From: a virus
Strand: one strand, 5' to 3'
DNA length: 64,000 nt
Virus record (IMG/VR): IMGVR_UViG_3300025141_000029
Span: 64,001 to 128,000 of that record
Of the stretch, positions 1-8,795 are shown in pieces (the stretch's first letter is position 1; every line of letters begins with the position of its first letter). Under the pieces are notes generated by a model. That model did no database searches. It saw only the letters and a list, made by a program, of their open reading frames with translations, and was not told the DNA's origin. Made by a program: the position numbers and the translations under genes.

Positions 1-464
1 GTGGTAGTAAAAGTATTACCTGCTGTTTCGAAGCCTCCGCCCGAAGAAGATGCAAAAGTAACTGTAAATATATGACCTTGTGAATATTGGGTCGGAGGAG
101 CATGCGCGTCGGCTGTATATCTTGAAGAATTTGGGTTTGTAATAAAAGTATCGTCGCCAATTTTGGAGGTTCCGTCAACAGTTATTGGCTCGCCAAAGAA
201 AAAATGTATCGGATCGGATGTATAAAGTTTTGACCCATTGCCGTTGGCTGTAACCCATGAGTTCGGTATAGCCTGGACTGTAATCTTTTTAGCTACACGA
301 GGAAAATGGAATGTTCGGACCGAGCCAGACAGAATTTCTGAGTTTATAAATGATGCGGTCATCCACGGAGTACCCGAAGATTGATATGAGCCTACGTGAT
401 TTAAACCAACGCCAACAGTGCCCGCTCGTATTGGGGAATTTGCATCTGTGCCAAATTGTGCCAT
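1..464 (-). CDS. Hypothetical (probably virion) protein, truncated by the window edge; missing from the ORF track
   Basis: Hand translation gives ATG at 464 with AGGAG upstream, MAQFGTDANSPIRAGTVGVGLNHVGSYQSSGTPWMTAS..., open to position 1. Confidence 0.8.
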   Translation of the reverse strand, partial: MAQFGTDANSPIRAGTVGVGLNHVGSYQSSGTPWMTASFINSEILSGSVRTFHFPRVAKKITVQAIPNSWVTANGNGSKLYTSDPIHFFFGEPITVDGTSKIGDDTFITNPNSSRYTADAHAPPTQYSQGHIFTVTFASSSGGGFETAGNTFTT

Positions 465-473
465 TTTATTCTC

Positions 474-707
474 CTACCTTATATTTAGTTTCTTATTTCT
501 TTCTGCCTCGGCCTTTCTTGCGTTGCGCAGTTTTTTTGCTTTTTCTTTTCTTCTTTTTGTTGAAGGTTTTTCGTAGAATCTTCTATCTAAATAGTCTTCA
601 AGTATGCGTTCTTTTTTAACTTTTTTCATAAATCTTTTAATTAGGCGATACGGATCCCCTTTAACTTGTCTTAGATCTATACTAACATTAACACTTTTCT
701 TGGCCAT
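474..707 (-). CDS. rpsU: Phage-encoded 30S ribosomal protein bS21
   Basis: Very basic 77-aa protein with the bS21 signature LIKRFMKKVKKERILEDYLDRRFYEKPSTKRR; next to head genes, as known for bS21 phages. Confidence 0.9.
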   Translation of the reverse strand: MAKKSVNVSIDLRQVKGDPYRLIKRFMKKVKKERILEDYLDRRFYEKPSTKRRKEKAKKLRNARKAEAERNKKLNIR

Positions 708-716
708 CTTTATCCT

Positions 717-1127
717 TTAGATTAAATCTTTCCACTTACCATTAGCAATATTCATGATTCCCGATATATCAACGCCCGCATCGTGGGGAGAAACTCCAGA
801 TAATGCCGTATGTTGATTGCTTTCCGGAATAACCTCTTGCGTGCCTTCAAATACATCTACGCCGCCGAAAGACATTGTTTCATTTAATCTCTTGATTTTT
901 TCTTGTCTTTGTTTTTCGAGCGCGGCAGCCTTTTTCTGCAACTCTTCTGAATCTGGAGCACTTTTATTACTTCGAACAGTCAGGCTCTCAGTAATAATTT
1001 GTTGATTGGCCATTCCTTTAGCGACTTCTGTAATGATTCCAGATAGTACGCCCTTTTCGAAGATACATTCTTTAATACATTCTTCGATAAGGGGCTTTAA
1101 GATCTTTTTAAGTTCACTTCTTTTCAT
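717..1127 (-). CDS. Hypothetical head-module protein with a tag-like amphipathic N-terminus
   Basis: 136-aa ORF in operon; starts MKRSELKKILKPLIEECIKE. Confidence 0.7.
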   Translation of the reverse strand: MKRSELKKILKPLIEECIKECIFEKGVLSGIITEVAKGMANQQIITESLTVRSNKSAPDSEELQKKAAALEKQRQEKIKRLNETMSFGGVDVFEGTQEVIPESNQHTALSGVSPHDAGVDISGIMNIANGKWKDLI

Positions 1128-1129
1128 TG

Positions 1130-2218
1130 TTAGCCCGCTAATATCTTCCAGCGTTTATAAATTTTTGATTCGGTGAGCGCTCGTTCTTCTTCTGGCTCGT
1201 CACCACCAGCAGCGCTGGTATCCCCAGTTGTAAAAGGTCCAGCATAATTCACACCGCCGGCCTTCAAAGCAGCCGCAACTTTATCGGGAGTAGCACCAGG
1301 ATTAACTTCCGGATCTGCTTGTGGCATTTTTGTTCTAGAGGGGGCCCCTTCAACTTGTGAAGCAGCAGTTTTTTTAATCGCATTTTTAGCATATGCCTCG
1401 GCATAATCAACCCCTTTCTCTACCTCTTTAATACCCTTTATTTTCATGAGGGCAGCAACATAGGGTGCCACACCTTTAGGATCTGGCTGAAGTGTTTGTG
1501 GGTTGACTTTTCTTTCTGACGCGCCTAAATACTGTCGAATCTGGCCCGCTCCATCGGTAAATAAATTGCCTCCCTTTGCCTTTTTTGTATCAGCTTGGCC
1601 GGCGACAGCATATATTCCCAAATGTAGCGCCTGGAGCATGTCATCAGAAGATAAATCTGTCTTAAATCCAACTGTATTGATTTTTCCGTTTGGGTTGATC
1701 ATCATGGCTTGTGACCAACGATGATGTCCGTCTAGTACAACATTTCCATCAGAGGTTTGAGCTATGATAATAGGATTTTTAAAGTCAAATACCGGTGATT
1801 TCTCGCGCATTTTTTCAATTAACCAATTGACATCTCCCCAGTCAATACCATCCCATGCCATTCCATCAATTCCTGCCATTGTGTTTCTTAAAGATTGGGC
1901 AGCTCCGACTTCATTTTGTGACGCCTTGAGATTTGAGAACGGAACAATGCCGCCGCCGGCGGCTTGGACTGCCATATCATCTCGTTCTGTGCCATCCTTC
2001 TGGCCCTTATCGATCAATTCTTTAGCAGCATCAGATAAGCCAGCAATCGGTGGAACTGGCAAGCTTCTCAAAGGTTTTCTCATCCAAGCATCCAGCTCTT
2101 TTCCAAGTGCAGCCTGATGTCTTAAACCTCCTCGTGCTCTGGGAGCCAACGGACGTTCATTTAAAATTTGAAGATCTTTAACTAATTCTTTTAATTTTGT
2201 CTTCATAATTTTCATCAT
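1130..2218 (-). CDS. ParB/Srx-like domain protein with N-terminal tag
   Basis: PIIIAQ...VVLDGHHRW motif typical of the ParB-N/Srx fold; N-terminus MKIMKTKLKELVKDLQILNE. Confidence 0.65.
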   Translation of the reverse strand: MMKIMKTKLKELVKDLQILNERPLAPRARGGLRHQAALGKELDAWMRKPLRSLPVPPIAGLSDAAKELIDKGQKDGTERDDMAVQAAGGGIVPFSNLKASQNEVGAAQSLRNTMAGIDGMAWDGIDWGDVNWLIEKMREKSPVFDFKNPIIIAQTSDGNVVLDGHHRWSQAMMINPNGKINTVGFKTDLSSDDMLQALHLGIYAVAGQADTKKAKGGNLFTDGAGQIRQYLGASERKVNPQTLQPDPKGVAPYVAALMKIKGIKEVEKGVDYAEAYAKNAIKKTAASQVEGAPSRTKMPQADPEVNPGATPDKVAAALKAGGVNYAGPFTTGDTSAAGGDEPEEERALTESKIYKRWKILAG

Positions 2219-2680
2219 TTAGTTTCCTGATCTTACAATTTTTTTAATTTCATCTTCGATCATATTCCTTAAAGACTCTTTGGTGAGTTTTTTATTCTCA
2301 TCCCAGCGAAACTTTCGTTCTTTCCTTCGGGTCTTTTTTTCTGGCTCGTATAAACTGCCTAAACGACTTTGTCTACTAAGACCAGAAGCACCGTACTTTG
2401 GGGTGCCTCGCGCAGATTTCGATTCCCAACCATAGCGCTCCTTTTCCATCTCTTTTTGTGAAAAATCGCCTAGGCCACCCTCTTCAAGTTCTTCGCCTTC
2501 TTCAGGCTCTTTGTCGCGTTTCATCGGCAGATCTGTCGACCCGGGGTCACCAGAGTGCGGCGTCTCGGTCGACGGGGCCGGCTTGGGACCCGGGTCGATG
2601 GGCATGCCGTTGCCGATTTCGTCAAGCTTTGCTATTTCTTCTCTGATGATTTGCTGTAAATGTTCTCTTGTTACTTTCAT
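2219..2680 (-). CDS. Hypothetical protein with MKITK-type tag at both ends
   Basis: N-terminal MKVTREHLQQIIREEIAKLDE; C-terminal KLTKESLRNMIEDEI. Confidence 0.7.
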   Translation of the reverse strand: MKVTREHLQQIIREEIAKLDEIGNGMPIDPGPKPAPSTETPHSGDPGSTDLPMKRDKEPEEGEELEEGGLGDFSQKEMEKERYGWESKSARGTPKYGASGLSRQSRLGSLYEPEKKTRRKERKFRWDENKKLTKESLRNMIEDEIKKIVRSGN

Positions 2681-2685
2681 ATTTC

Positions 2686-3330
2686 TTAATCCTTTAAGAT
2701 ATCTTGAATAAGATTATCCAAGCTCGTTTTTTCTTTATTTTCATTTAAATAAGAATTAATGCCCGCATCTATTTGTGGAGTCGAAATAGAAATAGCGCCC
2801 CCTGATTTTAAATAGGCTCCAGGTGTCGAAGGTTCCGAAACGATATCAAAACAAATTAATTGAAAATCATCTTCAACCATTACATAACCCTGTGATTCCT
2901 TTACAGTTCCAAGGCCTCGGGAAGAAATACCCAGCTTTACGCCGGCTTTAATTAAATCCTTGAGAATACGACCGGAAGGTGTGCCAAGTACTTCAATCTT
3001 TCCCATAACATTGTCACCATCCCACCACATTTTTGCTACAATGTGCGCAGCATTCTTAAGATTAATAACACTATCATCTGGATGATCTAACTCTCCAAGT
3101 GATCTTCTTTCTCTAATTGCTTTTTGATAGTTTTCAACTTCTCTCTGCAGGGTTTCTTTTTTATAAATCCTGCCATTGCCATTTTTTGTGCCAGCTTTTT
3201 GACACACTCCCACAAGATAAACTGCTCCATCATTGGCAACGCGCTTTCTTTCCGATTCTGTTAAGATATCAAAAGCACATTGTCCATCAGGACAAAGTTC
3301 AAAGTATTCTTGTAAAAGCTGTTTTGACAT
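2686..3330 (-). CDS. Prohead core protease (T4 gp21-like)
   Basis: KNGNGRIY, LGELDHP, TPSGRILKDLI, LGISSRGLG and FDIVSEPSTPGA motifs. Confidence 0.92.
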   Translation of the reverse strand: MSKQLLQEYFELCPDGQCAFDILTESERKRVANDGAVYLVGVCQKAGTKNGNGRIYKKETLQREVENYQKAIRERRSLGELDHPDDSVINLKNAAHIVAKMWWDGDNVMGKIEVLGTPSGRILKDLIKAGVKLGISSRGLGTVKESQGYVMVEDDFQLICFDIVSEPSTPGAYLKSGGAISISTPQIDAGINSYLNENKEKTSLDNLIQDILKD

Positions 3331-3334
3331 TTAG

Positions 3335-3478
3335 TTATTTCTTATTTTTTTTGTCGCCGCCGCCGGTGCTGCCGCCTTTGCCAATCCACCAACTTCTCGG
3401 TGCAATATTCGCACCAGGTTTAACTACTTTTCCAGGTCCATGACCTGTATTCTTTTTGCCGTCTTTCTCGTCTGCCAT
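3335..3478 (-). CDS. Small basic Gly/Lys-rich protein (47 aa), below the ORF-track cutoff
   Basis: AAAGGAG RBS; MADEKDGKKNTGHGPGKVVKPGANIAPRSWWIGKGGSTGGGDKKIRK*; fills the gap before the protease. Confidence 0.65.
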   Translation of the reverse strand: MADEKDGKKNTGHGPGKVVKPGANIAPRSWWIGKGGSTGGGDKKNKK

Positions 3479-3495
3479 TTTATCTTCTCCTTTTT

Positions 3496-3527
3496 AAAAA
3501 ATAAATTAAAGCGAGGCTCACCCTCGC
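3496..3527 (-). terminator. Intrinsic terminator-like hairpin
   Basis: GCGAGG-GTGAG-CCTCGC stem-loop followed by TTTAATTTATTTTTT on the minus strand. Confidence 0.55.
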
Positions 3528-3583
3528 ACGATATAGCTGCCTGAGCAGCATCTTCTAGTTTCTGGAATATTACGTTTTTTCAT
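3518..3583 (-). CDS. Candidate 21-aa micropeptide with RRCC motif
   Basis: GAGG 7 nt before ATG; MKKRNIPETRRCCSGSYIVRG*; overlaps the end of the upstream gene. Confidence 0.4.
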   Translation of the reverse strand: MKKRNIPETRRCCSGSYIVRG

Positions 3584-3884
3584 TTTCTAGCCTCACGTTT
3601 AAATTTAATCCAAAGTCTTTCAACAACATACTAAAAAAGTACGAAGTTCCGGCAGACAAGCAGCCGCACAAAAATGCTGTAAACAAACTATAATCAAAAC
3701 TAAATAGTTCAGTTTGACCATTCATAGCCCATAAAAATATACCAATCCAAAAGCCTAGGCAAAGAGGACAGTGAAATAAATCTCCTAACTTACCCTTTGT
3801 GGGTCGAATAAAATTAAAAATTGAACCATATGCCAATAAAAAAGTTAACCCGTAGGAACAAAGAATAAAATGTAAAGTTTCCAT
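3570..3884 (-). CDS. Small membrane protein with CxxC (DUF1360-like)
   Basis: Three hydrophobic segments; FHCPLCLGFWIG. Confidence 0.6.
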   Translation of the reverse strand: METLHFILCSYGLTFLLAYGSIFNFIRPTKGKLGDLFHCPLCLGFWIGIFLWAMNGQTELFSFDYSLFTAFLCGCLSAGTSYFFSMLLKDFGLNLNVRLENEKT

Positions 3885-4453
3885 TATTCCTCTAAACGGT
3901 ACACTGCGGCTGTTTGTAAGCCATAAGGCATATGGCCCGGGTTGATTGAGCCCTTCTTCTCTGAATGATACTGTTCCGGATCAAATTCTGTGTATTCACC
4001 TGGAGGCGGCTCATTTAGACGATCTTCTTCTTGTTTATCGAAAGCACGTTCAAAGTCCATCAATGGACGTTCTTTTTCTATAAATCTTGAAATAGCCAAC
4101 AAACTATGTTGCACCCCATTATACATTTTAGATTCTTGTATTTTGGCTTCCATAGAATTAAAAATATTTCCACCCTGGATGGAATTATAGTCGATAACCC
4201 CTCGTTTTCTTAAAAATGTAAATAATCTATTTTGTGCTTCGTACACATGATCACCATAATATTCTTTAGCAAAGGTCAAAATCTTGTTTTTCGAAGGCAT
4301 AATAACAATATCAATGTCATCGTGGTCATAGATCAAAATATCGCCGGCCAAACTTTTTCGTGCCTTAAGTTCAATTGTTTCTTCAATCTTGTTTTGTTTA
4401 ATTATTATTTTGATCGGCGGCTCTTTCGCACCTAATTTAATATTAATTGACAT
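3884..4453 (-). CDS. Hypothetical protein (head module)
   Basis: 189-aa ORF overlapping both neighbours. Confidence 0.7.
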   Translation of the reverse strand: MSINIKLGAKEPPIKIIIKQNKIEETIELKARKSLAGDILIYDHDDIDIVIMPSKNKILTFAKEYYGDHVYEAQNRLFTFLRKRGVIDYNSIQGGNIFNSMEAKIQESKMYNGVQHSLLAISRFIEKERPLMDFERAFDKQEEDRLNEPPPGEYTEFDPEQYHSEKKGSINPGHMPYGLQTAAVYRLEE

Positions 4454-5270
4454 TGGTTGAAATCTCTTTTGTTAGTTGTTGTATTTTTAACACTTTCTCT
4501 AGAATATTTCTATTAATTTTCTTTTTTGAAAAAGAATTTAAAACATCTATTATCTGATTTTTTTTATCCAAAATCAATGGGCTATTATTGCCTTCTGTTA
4601 TATTAAGCAAATCTTTCTTTAATCTTGCAATTTCTTCATTTAAGAATACTTTGAATTCTAAATCATCTGTTTCACAAGAAGAAACATAATGTTTAATTAA
4701 ATCTTTTTGCTCTTGGAGCAATACATCTTCATATGTTTCATTAAATTTATTATAAAAAGTTTTAAATGCTAGCTTGCTTGTCGGCTTATATTTTTGTTTT
4801 TTAAGAATTTCGGAAGAAGCCTGGATCCTTTCTAGTATACAATCTTCTAATTTAATCTGCTCTTTCACGCTTACATTTTCGTGTAACACTTGATACGCAG
4901 TTGCCAGACTTTTATATTCAGAAATAAAATGTTCGAAAATATCTTTTCCTAAATCCTTATTAATTTTTTTTATCAATTTTGTCTGAGCATTAAAGATATC
5001 TTTTCTATTCAGACTTTGATGACGGATTTTCGTCTCATGTAAGACCTTATTAGCAAATTCATTATTCAAGTCAGCGGTCGACGTTAAGTTTTTGTAAAGC
5101 TCTAGTTCAGTATTTAAAATACTTTTTTTATTAAAAAATTCTTTTAAGATTTTAATAATTGTTTTTTTGCGAGATTCATCGGCCTTCAATGAAACAACTG
5201 TTAATTCGCGTACAAGAATTTCAAATAAAAACGCTGTATTTCTTTTTTTATTATGTTTATGTTTCGTCAT
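4443..5270 (-). CDS. Hypothetical helical protein downstream of the portal
   Basis: 275-aa ORF starting KHNKKRNTAFLFEIL; position between portal and protease. Confidence 0.7.
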   Translation of the reverse strand: MTKHKHNKKRNTAFLFEILVRELTVVSLKADESRKKTIIKILKEFFNKKSILNTELELYKNLTSTADLNNEFANKVLHETKIRHQSLNRKDIFNAQTKLIKKINKDLGKDIFEHFISEYKSLATAYQVLHENVSVKEQIKLEDCILERIQASSEILKKQKYKPTSKLAFKTFYNKFNETYEDVLLQEQKDLIKHYVSSCETDDLEFKVFLNEEIARLKKDLLNITEGNNSPLILDKKNQIIDVLNSFSKKKINRNILEKVLKIQQLTKEISTNVN

Positions 5271-7212
5271 ACTTCGACTCCAGAAGCGCTATTAGATTTT
5301 TGATATCGGTGTTGGTCTCAAATAATTTTCTCTCTTCATCATTATAAGTAGAATCAAGATTTTCAGTAACACCATGCGCAAGACGATTAATTTCTATTCC
5401 AGGAAACATCTTTCTTCTCGAAGAACCTTTGTGCTCATCAGCCCAAAGACCTTTCATGTGTCTTTTTCGGGCGCCCATATCTCTTCTATCACCGCCTTTA
5501 TTAGATCGCGGCTCATACCATCCGTGAGATTTCGAGGTTGTAGTATACGTTTTGCCATTTTCTTTTTTAACATCACGCTTCGGAGCAGCTAAGAGCGCGC
5601 TTTCCTCCTCACCGCCGGCCTCTTCGCCGGCGGGTTCTTCGGCGGCGGCTTCTTCGCCACCAAATTCTTCACCACCAAACTCTTCACCACCAAACTCTTC
5701 ACCGCCAAATTCTTCACCGCCGCCTAGGCCGGCCATGCCGCCTTCGACACCTTCGGCTGTTACATCTTCTGCTGCTTTTTCTAGATCAGCAACCAATCTC
5801 TTGTCATGGAACATCTCTCTTTGAATTCTAGACATCTCTTCTGCCGAGACATTGAATATGTGTTCCGCAAGCCAGCGCTTACTGAAAAAGCCTTCTGTGG
5901 CCCCAGACGCAACTTCAAACTTAGTTCGCCAATGTTCTAATTCCTGAAGTTGTGCTAATTTAGAAGGATTGTTTAAACGAAGTTTAAAAGAAGTTAGATC
6001 TTTACCACGATATCCTCTTGTAAACAAATGTACAACTGCTATCTTTTCTAACTCTGAAATAACTGATCGTTGTAAGCGCTGTACTGTTCTGGCAAACCTA
6101 ATATCTTTTTGTGCTAAAGTTGTTTTATCTTCATCGGCCCCCTCAGAATTTGTTAGATAAGAGGGTGGAATTTTAAGTGCGCTGAATAATTTATCTCTAA
6201 GATATTTAACATCATCAATGTCGCCAGTAAATGTACCTCCAGGCAAACTTTCAACCTTTGTTGATTCTCCGCCCCTTACAGGAATAAAATAATCTTCTTC
6301 GATTGACATCGGGTTATAACGTAGGTCGACGCGGCCGCTATCAGCATTGACTATTTGATTTCTTTTCATTTGTGTCATAACACGCTGTACATATTGTTCA
6401 ACATCCTGTGGGGGGATATTACCTACATCAATATAAAAAACTCTTCTTTCAGGCGATCTTACAATGCGATATGCCATCATAGCATCTTCCAAAAGTGTTA
6501 ACTGGCGCCAAACTCTACGAGCAGGCTCCAGAACTGATGTTCCATATGGAGCATATTTATCATTTCCTAAAATTCTAAAATGTGCAACCTGCCAATTTTC
6601 TAATGTAAGGCCGGCTGAATTCCATTGGTATTGAACATATTTGGGATTATCTTCATCTTCCCCCTCTAAACGTTCCACTTCTTGTGAAGGAAGTCCAATG
6701 GCATACTGGATTCCGTCTTTTTCGTCTATATCCAAATATAGAAAAAAATCACCAAATTTACAAAGAGACCTGGCCCATCCAAAAATATTAAATTCAATAT
6801 TTAAAATATTGTGATATAAATTTTCTAATTCTATTTTAATTTCTTCATCGTGAGTTACTATATTTAATAGTGGTGTTAATTCAGTTGAAGTTGTAATTTC
6901 ATCTGCATAAATATCCAAGGCAGAAGCAATCTCGGGCATATATTCCATTTGGTCAAAATCAATATATCGATCAGTTCGATTTTGATTAGACATAAAGTTT
7001 GCTGCAAAGTTACCCTTTTGCCCATATTCTGTTTTTTTAAATGTTTGGCCGCTGGCAGACTTAAACGTATTGGCATAATTGTCTAAATGTAATCGTCGAG
7101 GATGTCTCGTAGTTTGCTGTCTATACGTCGTTAAGGGACCAGATAAAAGCTTGGTTAACTTTCTAAATAATCCATGTTGTGGATTTCTTGGATTTGTATT
7201 TCTATTAGCCAT
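5257..7212 (-). CDS. Portal protein (T4 gp20-like) with acidic C-terminal extension
   Basis: PEIASALDIYADE, LEDAMMAYRIVRSPERRVFYIDVG, EEDYFIPVR and DIRFARTVQRLQ motifs. Confidence 0.95.
   Translation of the reverse strand: MANRNTNPRNPQHGLFRKLTKLLSGPLTTYRQQTTRHPRRLHLDNYANTFKSASGQTFKKTEYGQKGNFAANFMSNQNRTDRYIDFDQMEYMPEIASALDIYADEITTSTELTPLLNIVTHDEEIKIELENLYHNILNIEFNIFGWARSLCKFGDFFLYLDIDEKDGIQYAIGLPSQEVERLEGEDEDNPKYVQYQWNSAGLTLENWQVAHFRILGNDKYAPYGTSVLEPARRVWRQLTLLEDAMMAYRIVRSPERRVFYIDVGNIPPQDVEQYVQRVMTQMKRNQIVNADSGRVDLRYNPMSIEEDYFIPVRGGESTKVESLPGGTFTGDIDDVKYLRDKLFSALKIPPSYLTNSEGADEDKTTLAQKDIRFARTVQRLQRSVISELEKIAVVHLFTRGYRGKDLTSFKLRLNNPSKLAQLQELEHWRTKFEVASGATEGFFSKRWLAEHIFNVSAEEMSRIQREMFHDKRLVADLEKAAEDVTAEGVEGGMAGLGGGEEFGGEEFGGEEFGGEEFGGEEAAAEEPAGEEAGGEEESALLAAPKRDVKKENGKTYTTTSKSHGWYEPRSNKGGDRRDMGARKRHMKGLWADEHKGSSRRKMFPGIEINRLAHGVTENLDSTYNDEERKLFETNTDIKNLIALLESKYDET
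5650..5724 (-). repeat. 15-bp coding tandem repeat (GGEEF)x4 plus GGEE in the portal tail
   Basis: Plus-strand unit tcttcaccaccaaa(c/t), about 5 copies. Confidence 0.85.
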
Positions 7213-7220
7213 CTATATAA

Positions 7221-8795
7221 TTATCCTTTCAGCAACCAAACATGATCAGCATAATTTTGTTTTTCATCATCTTTCTTAACATATTTATGGCCACGCATAC
7301 CTGGAACTGTAGTGTTGATAATTGTATCAGATTTTTTCATACAGTTTAAGAAAGCTTTTTTATATTCCATGTCCCTTTGATTTACCTCAAACGCAATATC
7401 TTTAACCCAACAACCAATCGCAAAAGCCATAACCAGGTCATCATTATATCCGCGCATTGCTTGCGGCTTGCTATTGTGCCAAATAAATGTCTTCATTTCA
7501 TTATAGGTTCTTATTGAATACATCGTAATTAGTTTATTTCTAATGAATTCTTCCAACTTGGCGATAACCAGGGGACGTGTTTTTGAAGTCATCGAAAATC
7601 CCATAACGGCATTGTTGGCTCTTTCGCCAATCAGAGGGTCAACATATTCATGACTAGATTTATATGAGTAAAATATATTTGGATAACTAAATTCTTGAAG
7701 TTTATCAAGAACTGTCCAGCCAACTGTGTTGTTTTCGACAACAACCATACAGTTGCCATATTCCTTTCCAACTTCATTTAACATATTGGCAAATAAATCT
7801 GGCGTCGCTTTTCCCTGATATTCTCCAACAATTTCCATCGTTTCAATTTTAAATATTAAAAATGTTGAATAATCTTTGCCGTCTCCGCGGGCCACATCTG
7901 CAGATAAAAGATACGTTGAATCTGGCTGATACTTCTCCCAAACCCAAAAATTACGATCAAAGCCAGTTTTATATTCTGGTTCTCGTAGGCCACCCTCAAT
8001 AATTTTCATATCATCTGCGTGAAAAACAGTTTCGCCAGACATATTAAAACTACATTCTAGCTCCTGTGCTATTTGACGTCGTGACATATTTTTGGTCTCA
8101 TTTTCAAACCAACCTTGATCACGATCTGGATGAACATCCCACTTTAAAGATGTCAAATAAAAATCATTATTTTCTTGTTCGGCATCAACACAAGTTTGGT
8201 GAAACCAGTTACCTACACCATTTGGTGTGGACAAGGCGATACAGCGTCCTCCAGTAGATAAAGTAGGATATAAGCCGGTCCACAATTCTCCAAGACCTTC
8301 AATATGTGCGGCCTCGTCAATTACAAGTAGCGATAATGCTTCTGAGCGGCCGGCGTCTGTTGATGTTGAGGTGGCTTTGATTTGTGAGCCGTTTGTTAAT
8401 TCGAAAGAAGTCCTATTGTCAATTGATATTTCAGAAATGCGAAGCCAATCTGGTAGATTTTTATGAATCGCTTTAACTTTTTTAACAAGATTTGAAGCAG
8501 TCTTAAACTGTGTCGCAATAACAAGAACGTTCTTTTCTTTATGGAAAAGCATTATCCAGGCAACGTAAGCAGCAGTGATTGTTGAAATGCCAAGCTGGCG
8601 CGCTTTTAAAATTACATTAAAGCGATAATCAGTAAAGTCTCTAACTAGTTGCGTCTGAAAATCATAAGTGTTAAAGGGTATTAAGCCGTGTTGTGGGTGT
8701 GATATCCTAGCATAACTATTAATAAAGTATACAGGATCTTTACCAGATTTTACAATTTCTTTTAAAATCTGGTCTCTGGTGGGTTTGTAGGGCAC
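7221..8795 (-). CDS. Terminase large subunit (T4 gp17-like)
   Basis: KARQLGIST Walker A, LLVIDEAAH Walker B, STPNG, nuclease ADVARG and NDDLVMA; GTG start overlaps upstream TAG. Confidence 0.95.
   Translation of the reverse strand: MPYKPTRDQILKEIVKSGKDPVYFINSYARISHPQHGLIPFNTYDFQTQLVRDFTDYRFNVILKARQLGISTITAAYVAWIMLFHKEKNVLVIATQFKTASNLVKKVKAIHKNLPDWLRISEISIDNRTSFELTNGSQIKATSTSTDAGRSEALSLLVIDEAAHIEGLGELWTGLYPTLSTGGRCIALSTPNGVGNWFHQTCVDAEQENNDFYLTSLKWDVHPDRDQGWFENETKNMSRRQIAQELECSFNMSGETVFHADDMKIIEGGLREPEYKTGFDRNFWVWEKYQPDSTYLLSADVARGDGKDYSTFLIFKIETMEIVGEYQGKATPDLFANMLNEVGKEYGNCMVVVENNTVGWTVLDKLQEFSYPNIFYSYKSSHEYVDPLIGERANNAVMGFSMTSKTRPLVIAKLEEFIRNKLITMYSIRTYNEMKTFIWHNSKPQAMRGYNDDLVMAFAIGCWVKDIAFEVNQRDMEYKKAFLNCMKKSDTIINTTVPGMRGHKYVKKDDEKQNYADHVWLLKG

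Noticed and set aside
3511-3520. TGA within a hairpin as a selenocysteine or read-through site
   Set aside because: A SECIS should lie 3' of the UGA; read-through adds only 3 more codons before TAA, and the hairpin fits a terminator
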